A DNA stretch of 16,601 bases, taken from contig JAYGCN010000252.1 of assembly GCA_046583315.1 (NCBI GenBank), positions 1-16,601 of the forward strand, written 5' to 3'. A program made the position numbers and the translations under genes. The stretch's first letter is position 1. Every line of letters starts with the position of its first letter. This DNA is from Candidatus Hydrogenedentota bacterium (GTDB taxonomy: Bacteria > Hydrogenedentota > Hydrogenedentia > Hydrogenedentales > GCA-2746185). Of this stretch, positions 1 to 8,892 are shown piece after piece. Under the pieces are notes generated by a model that was given only the letters and a program-made list of their open reading frames with translations, did no database searches and was not told the DNA's origin.

Positions 1-1
1 C

Positions 2-3000
2 CAGATCATGCGTGATGAAACTTCGAATGCCCGCACGCTCTTCCGACGTGAATGTAAATTTCGGCGCGCCTCCCCGTTGACCCGTGGTATCGGACAAGCA
101 GCCGCTATGAAGCGACGACGATTCCAGAGCGTGCAACGAAGGGGCAACCAGCATAGGCTCCAGGTCTCCCAGTGCATGACAATTCACACAGCCCTGCGAC
201 TGAAGCAATTCGCGGCCATTCTTTGAATTTCCATCCAACCATTCCACGGAGGGAACTCTCTCTCCCACTTCTCGTTGAAGATATGCGGCCAATTCTTTTG
301 ATTCGTCCTCCGAAAGCGAAAAATTCGGCATACGCGTGTTCGCATGAAATCGTTCAGGTGATTGAAGATAGGCAGCAAGCCCGCTGTGTCTGCGTTTTGC
401 GAAAAGATTCGCCAGCGAGGTACGGTCGTCATCGGGCAGCATGGTATCCAGGGTGTGACACGCAAAACAGCCGAGATCCGCATAAAGCTTCGCGCCCCGA
501 CCAGCCAGCTTTCGCGAAATCTTCTTCGGACGGGTTTGTTTTTCAAGCCCGACACCATCAATCAGATACGCCACCACATCGGAGACCTGCTGCTGCGTCA
601 ACTTGGCATCCGACCCGTGAAAAACCTGCGGCATCGTCGTGCCCGGGCGCATCAATTCAGGATCAGCAATCCATTTCGCCAACCAAGCCGCGTCCGTTCG
701 CTGCGCAATTCCATCCAATGCCGGTGCGGTTGCCGAAAGTTCAGGCATCGACCCCGCCGTGTACTTCTGACCCGATGCGTGACACGCCAGGCAGCCGTTT
801 TCCGCCACGAGAGTACGCGCATGTCGCCTTTTCGATGCATCATCAAGTTCTCCATGCGCTGTAGGCAATGCAAAAGCCGTTGCCGGCACGGGTTCACGAT
901 TCAACTCCTCGGCGTGCCAATACAAGCGCAGTTCAGCGTCACCAGAATCCGGAGACGCATAACTCAATAGAAACACATTCGCACCTTGCTTCAACTGAAC
1001 ATCATTACCCGATGAGACTGAATTTCCGTTGATCATCAGTTCAGCTTTGCCATTTCCTTCCACATCAAACCGAAACGTCTCGTTCAAATCCGAAAGAATA
1101 GATCCGTTCCACGTGGTCGAAAATGCCCCCGATTCCAAAAAAGGCGTAGGCGCGTCACCCTCTGCGACGTACAACGCTGCCAATCGACTCACCCGCAAAT
1201 CCTGCGCGCCATCTGCCCCCACGAATTTCTGGACCAGCCCCTGAGCCGATTCGACCGACGCCGTCTCCGCGCGACGACCCTTTACGACCCCTTGCCCCGC
1301 CAGTTCTTCGACACTGGTCGTCCCCAGTGTATGAATTGTGTGATGCACCGACTGACGAACTTCTGCGCCCTCTGCAGACAACAGGTTGACTTTGATTTCC
1401 ATCTGCATCACCTTACGAATGCCCGGAATTTGAATGTACACCGTGCGCCGATCAGCCGACAACGACACCTGCGATGCCTGCAAATGATCCCGCCCACGCG
1501 AGCCATCCATTTTCAAGTCGGGGCTCCCGTAGGCTTTCGTCCAGACATAATTCCAATATTCGATCCCGTAATTCCCCGGGTCCGTAGCCGTTTTCGGGTC
1601 CAGTGCATCGGTAAACGTAATCACCACGCCATCCGACGCAATATGCAACTCCTCCGGCATGTTCAGACTCTTGCCCGTATAGCGTACACGATAAAACCCG
1701 CCCGGTTGCGTCTTGTTGCCCGCCCAACCGAAGAGACCGGCGAGATACAACTGGCCATCACTCCTACGAAACGCCGCGCGCGTCACGCCTGTATCAAACT
1801 CCAGCGGAAACTGAACCACGCCACCCTGACGCACGCCGTCAATCTCTTCATGCAGCACATGATAAATTCTACCCATGCCATACGAAACCGAAATGATCTT
1901 CCCTTTAAGAGGCCCCCACCGATAATCTGGAACCCACACAAAACTGCCCGGCGATCGATCCACTTCGGGATGAATCCAGCAAAGCGGTTCATCAAATCCC
2001 GTAATCGTTTGACCTTCGTGATACCCCCACATGTATCCATAAAAACCACCCGGCTCAACCCAGTTGATGCGGTTCGCAGGCACCCAATGCCCCTGATTGT
2101 CCGCAACCAGCATCTGACCCTGCGGCCCAAGGCCAAGTCCATTGGGTGCGCGGAAACCGTTTGCGACCAACTCGCTCGTCTCACCATCTTTGGAGACTCG
2201 AATCAACGTGCCATGCTGAGGTGTAATCGAGTCCGCGCCGTGACGACCGCCCTTCGTATAATAGAGGTCACCATCAAGTCCCACCTTCAAATCCAGCGCG
2301 AACTCATGAAAATGTTCGGTCACCTGATGGTCATTATTGAAATTCTCGTAAAAATCCGTCTCCCCATCACCATTCAAGTCACGCAGAATCGTAATCTGAT
2401 CCCGACACACCGCGTAGATGTCTCCGTCCACTATCGCAATACCCAGCGGCTGAAACATGCCAGACGCGATTCGTTGCCACGTCAGTTTCTTCATCGAATC
2501 ACCAATACCCTCCACCAGCCAGATGTCTCCGCTCCACGTCGCAATCGCCGCGCGGCTATCGTCTTCGAAAAAATCAAAGCCGGTGAATCGCATCCACGAA
2601 CGATACGGGTTGTCCACCGGATGCGTAACCGTGTCGACAGCATAAGCACCATCGCCACCGCCGCGTACACCCTGCGTGACAATCTTCTCCGTCCAATGCG
2701 TCGGTCCGCCATGCGTGAGCGGTTCGAGATCTACTGGTTCCGGGGATTGGGTGGCCTTCTCGCTCATCGCTTCGGCGTTCGGTAGCAGACCAATGAGAAT
2801 CTTGGCACGTACGGGCGCGTCGCCCTTGGGAAATTTTAGGAATAATGCATCAGCAAGCCCATCGTAGACCCACTCAACCGGCGATGCCTCCCCGACCAGT
2901 GCTACATACCCTTGTCCGTTTGCACCATCCTGGCGAAAGGTGACAATTCCGTCCTTTTCCCGATCGGTTTCCAATCCCGTTACGATGCGCACGAGGATGT

Positions 3001-3667
3001 CGCGGGCGCGCGATCCCACGTTGAAGGTCCGGCTCATGACGCGCGCGCCATCAGGGCCTTCTGCACCCGGCATTTCGAGAACGGCTGTATCGCCCACCGT
3101 GTACGAAAGCACAACCTTGTCTCCATGAATATAGTGACCCTTCCAATGAGCCCAATCCCGCGCAAGCGGACCGTAACGCAGGCCATCGCGTCCAACTACC
3201 CGCTCGTCAATCAAACTTCCATCACCCGGACGCGCCCAGCCCGGAGCAACGGGATTCGTGAAGGTCAGATCCCCCACAATCGAAGGATGGATCTCATGCT
3301 CACCGTTCAACGCAATGCCGCGCCAGTCAATAAAACCTTCGCCCGACCATCCCCCCGCCCAACGCAAGGTGTCCATGTCGAATACCATGAACTCGGTGCC
3401 GCTGGATACACCGCCGACGCCTTCATCCAATCGAATCGCAAGTCCCTTGTACGCAATATTGTCTTTCGAGACCTGAAGCGACAACGTGGTCGAAGGACCA
3501 AAATCGATATCCGCCCATTTCTTGCCAATCAATCGAGGCTCTCGATTCGGAACCTCCTGCGCGTTCGAAGAGCAAATCCACGCAATTCCCAACAGCATGG
3601 CGAGAACATATAGATCCCTCACTCGGTGACGGACTAAATGAAATTGTATGCAACCCGGAAAACTCAT
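2..3667 (-). CDS. Large secreted multidomain c-type cytochrome: DUF6797-like domain + glucose/sorbosone-dehydrogenase-like beta-propeller + PA14-like domain + >=3 CxxCH cytochrome c domains (3' end beyond window)
   Basis: Hand-translated over most of its length. Absent from the ORF track because the frame reaches the left edge without a stop. ATG at 3667 follows GAAGGGA (alternative GTG 3622), then a signal peptide (LYVLAMLLGIAWICSSNA-QE). Motifs: NIAYKGLAIRLDEGVGGVSSG...FDMDTLRWAGGWSGEGFIDW; NPYRSWMRFTGFDF, DLNGDGETDFYENFNNDHQVTEHFHEF, GFRAPNG, DNQGHWVPANRINW; FSTTWNGSI...LRLYW; CLACH (793-779), CFACH (469-455), CVNCH (190-176). The + strand ORFs 8, 362, 1292 and 2912 are its in-register antisense shadows. 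Confidence 0.9.
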   Translation of the reverse strand, partial: MSFPGCIQFHLVRHRVRDLYVLAMLLGIAWICSSNAQEVPNREPRLIGKKWADIDFGPSTTLSLQVSKDNIAYKGLAIRLDEGVGGVSSGTEFMVFDMDTLRWAGGWSGEGFIDWRGIALNGEHEIHPSIVGDLTFTNPVAPGWARPGDGSLIDERVVGRDGLRYGPLARDWAHWKGHYIHGDKVVLSYTVGDTAVLEMPGAEGPDGARVMSRTFNVGSRARDILVRIVTGLETDREKDGIVTFRQDGANGQGYVALVGEASPVEWVYDGLADALFLKFPKGDAPVRAKILIGLLPNAEAMSEKATQSPEPVDLEPLTHGGPTHWTEKIVTQGVRGGGDGAYAVDTVTHPVDNPYRSWMRFTGFDFFEDDSRAAIATWSGDIWLVEGIGDSMKKLTWQRIASGMFQPLGIAIVDGDIYAVCRDQITILRDLNGDGETDFYENFNNDHQVTEHFHEFALDLKVGLDGDLYYTKGGRHGADSITPQHGTLIRVSKDGETSELVANGFRAPNGLGLGPQGQMLVADNQGHWVPANRINWVEPGGFYGYMWGYHEGQTITGFDEPLCWIHPEVDRSPGSFVWVPDYRWGPLKGKIISVSYGMGRIYHVLHEEIDGVRQGGVVQFPLEFDTGVTRAAFRRSDGQLYLAGLFGWAGNKTQPGGFYRVRYTGKSLNMPEELHIASDGVVITFTDALDPKTATDPGNYGIEYWNYVWTKAYGSPDLKMDGSRGRDHLQASQVSLSADRRTVYIQIPGIRKVMQMEIKVNLLSAEGAEVRQSVHHTIHTLGTTSVEELAGQGVVKGRRAETASVESAQGLVQKFVGADGAQDLRVSRLAALYVAEGDAPTPFLESGAFSTTWNGSILSDLNETFRFDVEGNGKAELMINGNSVSSGNDVQLKQGANVFLLSYASPDSGDAELRLYWHAEELNREPVPATAFALPTAHGELDDASKRRHARTLVAENGCLACHASGQKYTAGSMPELSATAPALDGIAQRTDAAWLAKWIADPELMRPGTTMPQVFHGSDAKLTQQQVSDVVAYLIDGVGLEKQTRPKKISRKLAGRGAKLYADLGCFACHTLDTMLPDDDRTSLANLFAKRRHSGLAAYLQSPERFHANTRMPNFSLSEDESKELAAYLQREVGERVPSVEWLDGNSKNGRELLQSQGCVNCHALGDLEPMLVAPSLHALESSSLHSGCLSDTTGQRGGAPKFTFTSEERAGIRSFITHDL

Positions 3668-3832
3668 CGTGTGTCTTTCCCTTCAGGAATAGGAGAGCGA
3701 AGGAGTACTGAAAATAAGCACGGACCCGAAATCGATGGTACAAAATCCGCGCAACGGTCGTCAATTCGCTCTGGACAAAGCGATCTCGGTAATTCTCCAA
3801 AAAATCAGTGGTTCCCGGACGCACATCTCGGT

Positions 3833-3838
3833 TAAACT
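3833..3838 (+). promoter_or_regulatory. Candidate -10 hexamer (TAAACT) 6 nt upstream of the histidine kinase ATG; possible leaderless promoter
   Basis: Sequence ggtTAAACTagtcccATG with no Shine-Dalgarno-like purine run before the ATG at 3845. Confidence 0.4.
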
Positions 3839-3844
3839 AGTCCC

Positions 3845-6226
3845 ATGCGAAAATACGTTGCTCCGCTTATCGTACTGATAGCCGGATGTGCCATATCCTA
3901 CTGGGCATTCGCGAGTCTGCGCGCCGTCGAGTTCGAACGCGCCGAGACCGAATTCAATCGTCGCGCCGCCAATATTGCATCTGTCCTCGCCAACGGAGTC
4001 AACGGCTATTCGACGGCGATGTCGACACACAAAAACCTCACTTCTATAAATCTTAGATACTCCGCGGAAGAAGACCTCTTAACCTACGGTGATTACATAC
4101 GCTTGAAGAGAAATTGGGACGGCGCCAAAGAAATTTTTAGCCAGATGGCCAAAGACGCCCAGGGCAGTTTTCCCGGACTGTCAGGATTGGGTTGGATCGT
4201 GGCGAGTCCATTTTCTGATTTGGTGCAAATCGAACAGGCAGGTAAGTTCTTGGTCTCGCCCGACTATCAAATTCGCCAAGTCAACTCCGATGGCGGCCTG
4301 AGCAAGGCGACCGAGCGCGCCGAACACTTCCCTGTATTCTACATCGAGCCCAGTGAAGACAACGAAATCGCATTGGGCATCGACCTTGCCGCTTCCACCG
4401 TGAGTCGCAACGCGTTAGTTGAAGCGCGTGCTACGGGAAATACTGTCTCCACGCCCCCCATTGAATGGATTCGAAGTCAGACGGGACAACTGGGCTTTCT
4501 CGTATTTGATGCCGTCTACAAGACCGACACGCCAACAACTACTTTGCAAGAAAGAACGGGTAATCTATTCGCTTTTTCGTTTAGTGTGGTACTCATCGAC
4601 GACATGCTTAATTCGTCCCTGCGCGGTCTAAAAGAGGGAGGTCTCGAATTCTTTGTATTTGCCCTAAACGACGAGGATGCCATTAATTCCAATGAGGTCC
4701 AACCAGTATTTTCTTCAAATGGAAATCTGGAGACTTTCGTTGATATTCGTACGGCTTCCCTACTGACAGGCCTCCAATGGAAATCGAATGTCGACGTATT
4801 GGGCCGAACCTGGTCACTCTACTGTTTTCCCGACGCCGGTTTTGTCGCACACTATCGTACGCCCGGCCCGGCACTTGCCTTTTTCATCGGATTGCTCGTT
4901 ACACTTTTTCTGGTTTTGTATTTGACTCGAAGTGCAGGCAGAACGAGCCGAATCGAAGCGCTCGTCGAAGCGCGCACCCAAGAGCTCATCCACAGCAACG
5001 AAGACCTCGAACGTGAAATGGCAAGCCGGATCGATGCGGATAAACACCGACGCCAACTGGAATCTCAACTCATCCAGACGCAGAAAATGGACTCCATCGG
5101 TCAGCTTGCGGGCGGCGTTGCGCACGACTTCAATAACCTGCTCCAGGCCATTATGGGCTACGGCGATCTCGCGATGGATAAAGTCCCGCCCGATTCATCG
5201 GCGCACCAAGACATCGAACAGATCATGCAGGCCGGCAATCGTGCCAAGACACTCGTGAGCCAATTACTCGCCTTCGGTCGAAGACAAGTGCTGGAAATCT
5301 CAGAGATCGATCTGGATGCCGTAATCACCGATCTCATCAAAATGCTTCAGCGCGTCATCGGCGTGCTCATCACGCTTGATTTCCAGTCTACCTCAGACCT
5401 TGACACCATTCGCGCCGATCGTGGACAAATCGAGCAAATACTGATGAACTTATGCGCAAACGCTCACGACGCAATGGACGGAGAAGGTACGCTCACCATT
5501 GCGACGCAAAACATTCTGATCGACCAGGAGTTCTGCAAGACCAACGTCTGGGCGAACCCGGGTCGATTCGTAAAACTCAGCGTAACCGACACGGGCCACG
5601 GCATCAGCCAAGAAGTCCAACAGCTTATTTTTGAACCTTTCTTCACCACAAAAGAACTCGGAAAAGGGACCGGCTTGGGCCTTTCCACCGTATTCGGCAT
5701 TATTCGTCAACACAATGGCATGATTCAGGTCGAAAGCCAAGTGGGGTCCGGAACCACCTTCACCATCTATCTACCCGCAATCAAAACGACCGTGCCAGCA
5801 CCCCCGACATCTAAAACTACGCCGCCCCCGGGAGGTACCGAAACAATCTTGCTCGCCGATGACGATAAACTGGTTCGCGAGGTTGCCAATGCCATGCTCA
5901 ACAAGTCCGGCTACAAGGTATTGTGCGCATCTGACGGTGAAGAAGCGATACAGGTGCTCGATCAGCACGCCGATTCTATCGACTTGGCACTACTCGACGT
6001 GGTCATGCCGAAACTTGGCGGAAATGCCGTTAGGGAACACATCCTGAAGCATCATCCCACGATCCCGATTCTCTTCTCCAGCGGCTACAGCAAAGACAAC
6101 CTGCACACAGACTTCGTCCTCGACGAGGGGACGAATCTAATCCAAAAACCATATCATCGCGACGAACTACTCAAACGGATACGGGAGATTTTCGATAACC
6201 ATGCATCAAACCACCACACCGACTAA
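3845..6226 (+). CDS. CHASE-domain hybrid sensor histidine kinase (TM-CHASE-TM-HisKA-HATPase-REC)
   Basis: 793 aa. Two hydrophobic segments flank a CHASE-like region (FPGLSGLGWI, HFPVFYIEP..N..ALGIDLA...R.AL..AR.TG). H-box LAGGVAHDFNNLL, N-box QILMNLCANAHDAM, G1 DTGHG, F-box FEPFFTTK, G2 GTGLGL. C-terminal receiver ILLADDD...LLDVVMP...SGY...KP. Confidence 0.95.
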   Translation: MRKYVAPLIVLIAGCAISYWAFASLRAVEFERAETEFNRRAANIASVLANGVNGYSTAMSTHKNLTSINLRYSAEEDLLTYGDYIRLKRNWDGAKEIFSQMAKDAQGSFPGLSGLGWIVASPFSDLVQIEQAGKFLVSPDYQIRQVNSDGGLSKATERAEHFPVFYIEPSEDNEIALGIDLAASTVSRNALVEARATGNTVSTPPIEWIRSQTGQLGFLVFDAVYKTDTPTTTLQERTGNLFAFSFSVVLIDDMLNSSLRGLKEGGLEFFVFALNDEDAINSNEVQPVFSSNGNLETFVDIRTASLLTGLQWKSNVDVLGRTWSLYCFPDAGFVAHYRTPGPALAFFIGLLVTLFLVLYLTRSAGRTSRIEALVEARTQELIHSNEDLEREMASRIDADKHRRQLESQLIQTQKMDSIGQLAGGVAHDFNNLLQAIMGYGDLAMDKVPPDSSAHQDIEQIMQAGNRAKTLVSQLLAFGRRQVLEISEIDLDAVITDLIKMLQRVIGVLITLDFQSTSDLDTIRADRGQIEQILMNLCANAHDAMDGEGTLTIATQNILIDQEFCKTNVWANPGRFVKLSVTDTGHGISQEVQQLIFEPFFTTKELGKGTGLGLSTVFGIIRQHNGMIQVESQVGSGTTFTIYLPAIKTTVPAPPTSKTTPPPGGTETILLADDDKLVREVANAMLNKSGYKVLCASDGEEAIQVLDQHADSIDLALLDVVMPKLGGNAVREHILKHHPTIPILFSSGYSKDNLHTDFVLDEGTNLIQKPYHRDELLKRIREIFDNHASNHHTD

Positions 6227-8195
6227 ATTGATCACGCTATTTACGCTACTTATTCCGTGCTTCTTCGCACTCAGCGCCCACACCGCCGAACACCCCTTCC
6301 TGCTCGGGCGAGGCATCACAGACGTAACCGGCCCGGCGCGCGGCATGCAGATGTGGGGATTCGTGCGAGACGGCCAAATCACCGAAGGCATCCATACCCG
6401 ACTCTATTCGCGGGCCTTCGTCATCGCCGAAGCCAGCACCCCCGACGATCGCATCGCCTTTGTAAGCGTCGACATCGGCAGTATCACCCACGACATGCAA
6501 CTTGACGTCGTTGACCGACTGCAGGAGCAATTTGGCAATACTTATACGCTGAACAACGTCATCCTCAGCGCCACCCACACCCACTCTGGTCCAGGCGGTT
6601 ATTGGCACTACGGAGGTGGCTCGCCACTCGGCACAGATTTTTCGCAGGTACACTTTGATTTCATCATCGACGGAATCATTGAATCGATCAGACAGGCGCA
6701 TACCGATCTTGAACCAGGCTCGATCTTTATCGACCGGGGAACCGTAGAAGGCGGTGGCGCAAATCGCTCCATGGTCGCATACGATGCCAACCCTGCCCAG
6801 GAACGCGCACGTTACGATTCTCCTACGGACAAAGGCATGACCCTGCTCAAGCTCGTTACGGCATCCGGCCCCATTGGCGCCATCAATTGGTTCGCAAGCC
6901 ATCCCACCGCCATGACCTTCGACAATCGGCTCATCTCCGGCGACCACAAAGGCCATGCGTCGCGCGTCATCGAAGAGGACATGGACGATGGTTTTGTCGC
7001 GGCTTTTGCACAGACCAACTGCGGTGACGTCACGCCGAATTTGAATCTGAACAATACCGGACCCGGCGAAAACGAATTCGAGACAACCCGCATCATCGCC
7101 GAACGCCAGATTTCGGTCGCTCGCGAGCTTCTGAAATCCGCGTCCACACCGATCACCGGAGAAATCTCGTCGCATCAGGTTTCCATCAACTTCCGCTACC
7201 GCCCCGTTTCCGAAGAGTACACCAACGGAGCCGGCGCTCAACAGACCTGTCCTACCGCAATGGGGTATTCGATGGCCGCAGGCTCCACCGAAGATGGCGG
7301 CGGAAATCCCATCTTCAGAGAAGGCATGAAAACCCGAAACAAAATGATTGACGGCCTCGTGAAAAATCTATACAACATGCCCGATGCCAGCGACGAGTGC
7401 GTCGAATGCCACGGAGTTAAACCCATTCTATTTCCCACCGGCGAAGCTGACCCGCCCATGCAGACCCAGGTCCTTCCCATCACCCTGACCCGCATCGGAC
7501 CACTCACGCTTGCCTGTGTGGCCGCAGAAGTCACCACCATGTCAGGACGACGTCTGCGCGAGAGCATCGCGACCACACTTGGGACATCACCCGAACAGGT
7601 GATCATCGTAGGATACGCCAACGACTATGGCGGCTACCTCACGACCAAAGAGGAATACGACACCCAACAATACGAAGGCGGACATACCCTGTTTGGACCA
7701 TGGTCGCTTGCGGCTTACCAACAGGAATTCGATAACCTGGCGAAATCAGTGCTCGCCGGCACCGAACCCGAATCGAGCGGTGAAGCAACTGACAAACGCG
7801 GCACGATTCCATCCATCAACTTGGTTGATGTCGCTACGGCTGTGGCGGACCCCGAAAAAATCGGCCAGGTCGACAAACAACCCAAACGAACAGTCAACGT
7901 CGGCGACACAGTCAACGCAGTATTCAACGCGAGCGATCCTCGGATCAGCTTTCCACAATCGGAATCCTACATCGCGATTCAGGCAAAACTGGATGACTCT
8001 TGGACCTCAATCGCCACAGACCGTGATTGGTCAACCAAAGTTCGCTGGCTTGCCGACAAAAAAAATCCCGAAGACCTCAAACTTTACGTCTCCTGGGACG
8101 TGCCCGAAGGAACTCCCAACGGAGAATACAGAATCGTTTACCAAGACGGCGCCTACAACGGAATCACGCGCAGCTTCAAATGCCGCGCCCGATGA
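6201..8195 (+). CDS. Secreted neutral/alkaline non-lysosomal ceramidase family protein
   Basis: 664 aa with N-terminal signal peptide. Family motifs DVTGP, RLYSRAF, SATHTHSGPGG (Zn-binding), HPTAM, GDVTPN, AEVTTMSGRR, GYANDYGGY, YEGGHTLFG; C-terminal Ig-like domain (W..IATD.DWST...W, GEYRI). Overlaps the kinase 3' end by 26 nt. Confidence 0.93.
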   Translation: MHQTTTPTKLITLFTLLIPCFFALSAHTAEHPFLLGRGITDVTGPARGMQMWGFVRDGQITEGIHTRLYSRAFVIAEASTPDDRIAFVSVDIGSITHDMQLDVVDRLQEQFGNTYTLNNVILSATHTHSGPGGYWHYGGGSPLGTDFSQVHFDFIIDGIIESIRQAHTDLEPGSIFIDRGTVEGGGANRSMVAYDANPAQERARYDSPTDKGMTLLKLVTASGPIGAINWFASHPTAMTFDNRLISGDHKGHASRVIEEDMDDGFVAAFAQTNCGDVTPNLNLNNTGPGENEFETTRIIAERQISVARELLKSASTPITGEISSHQVSINFRYRPVSEEYTNGAGAQQTCPTAMGYSMAAGSTEDGGGNPIFREGMKTRNKMIDGLVKNLYNMPDASDECVECHGVKPILFPTGEADPPMQTQVLPITLTRIGPLTLACVAAEVTTMSGRRLRESIATTLGTSPEQVIIVGYANDYGGYLTTKEEYDTQQYEGGHTLFGPWSLAAYQQEFDNLAKSVLAGTEPESSGEATDKRGTIPSINLVDVATAVADPEKIGQVDKQPKRTVNVGDTVNAVFNASDPRISFPQSESYIAIQAKLDDSWTSIATDRDWSTKVRWLADKKNPEDLKLYVSWDVPEGTPNGEYRIVYQDGAYNGITRSFKCRAR

Positions 8196-8228
8196 GCGCA
8201 CTTCTCTAGTGGTATTCCAAACCGATAG

Positions 8229-8266
8229 TGCTCCCTGCCCGGCTTTGACGTGCCGGGCAGGGGGTA
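8229..8266. terminator. GC-rich hairpin between convergent genes (probable bidirectional terminator)
   Basis: CCCTGCCCGGC (8233-8243) is the perfect reverse complement of GCCGGGCAGGG (8252-8262), 8-nt loop, extendable with G-U pairs. It lies between the stops at 8195 (+) and 8309 (-). No strong U-tract. Confidence 0.7.
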
Positions 8267-8308
8267 TCGTCGGGTAATTTTCAATACCATTAACTACGCA
8301 CGAAGGGA

Positions 8309-8668
8309 TTAGGCTTCTTCACGACCCGGCCCCAACAATGGGCAGGAAAAATAATGGTCGTCTGCATCCTGAACGCCGTTTCCGTTCATATCCGCCCACC
8401 AGCGACCACCCAGATATCCCGCATCACCGGGGCCATACTCCGTCATCGGGCCACCGTGCGGTCCACCCATCTCGATTTTTTGGAATTCCCCGTGAAACGG
8501 AAGATCGGTCGTGATCTGAGAGTCATAAAACAATCCTTGACCCGACACGTACACCACAAGAGACATGTTTGGATTCCCTTGTCCACGAGCATGCGCGGGG
8601 CTCGCCCCCACCACCATCGCCGTCACGATCATCCCGAAGGCCAGAACAGGAATTATCACTTTATTCAT
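8309..8668 (-). CDS. Small secreted Gly-rich hypothetical protein with a DxNGNGxxD Ca-binding-loop-like motif and a single C-terminal Cys
   Basis: Strong RBS AAAAGGAG before ATG 8668 (preferred over the track's 8704). Signal peptide MNKVIIPVLAFGMIVTAMVVGASPAHA; motifs GGRWWADMNGNGVQDADD and FSCPLLGPG; 119 aa. Confidence 0.85.
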   Translation of the reverse strand: MNKVIIPVLAFGMIVTAMVVGASPAHARGQGNPNMSLVVYVSGQGLFYDSQITTDLPFHGEFQKIEMGGPHGGPMTEYGPGDAGYLGGRWWADMNGNGVQDADDHYFSCPLLGPGREEA

Positions 8669-8775
8669 TTCGTTCTCCTTTTTCGCCGCAAACTTCTGCG
8701 GCACATCGATGTCAACACACGCTCACTAAGAAACTCTATAGCAATAGACGATCACTACTTTTCAATGAACATAGG

Positions 8776-8805
8776 ATTGGTCGGCGAAGTTTCAAAAACC
8801 TTACA
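8776..8805 (-). promoter_or_regulatory. Candidate ECF-dependent promoter for the small secreted protein gene
   Basis: Minus strand reads TGTAAG-gtttttgaaacttcgc(16 nt)-CGACCAAT. This is ECF-type -35/-10 geometry, about 110 nt upstream of ATG 8668 and adjacent to the ECF gene. Confidence 0.55.
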
Positions 8806-8839
8806 CGGAATATTGCAAACGTTTCTCGCGTTTCAACGA

Positions 8840-8848
8840 TGGTATTAT
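8840..8848 (+). promoter_or_regulatory. Candidate extended -10 promoter (TGgTATTAT) for the ECF/anti-sigma operon
   Basis: TGn + TATTAT upstream of the sigma coding region; no convincing -35 at 17-nt spacing. Confidence 0.35.
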
Positions 8849-8892
8849 GCTTACGACACGCGATTCCTCCTCAACTAACCGATCGCTCTCCA

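Noticed and set aside
172..864. 230-aa + strand ORF
   Set aside because: Pro/Ser/Arg-rich off-frame translation lying opposite the CxxCH domains of the real gene.
1292..2785. 497-aa + strand ORF (also 8..226, 362..970, 2912..3613)
   Set aside because: All are in exact codon register with the long minus-strand cytochrome gene, are Arg/His-rich and have no recognisable motifs, so they are antisense shadows.
3845..3889. Lipobox-like IAGC at residue 15 of the kinase
   Set aside because: The hydrophobic stretch continues past the Cys, and CHASE kinases need this as the first transmembrane helix.
6246..7241. 331-aa minus-strand ORF
   Set aside because: Antisense shadow of the well-supported ceramidase.
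8569..8838. N-terminal extension of the ECF ORF in the track
   Set aside because: It overlaps the opposite-strand small gene and the promoter region, is low complexity, and makes the sigma factor too long.
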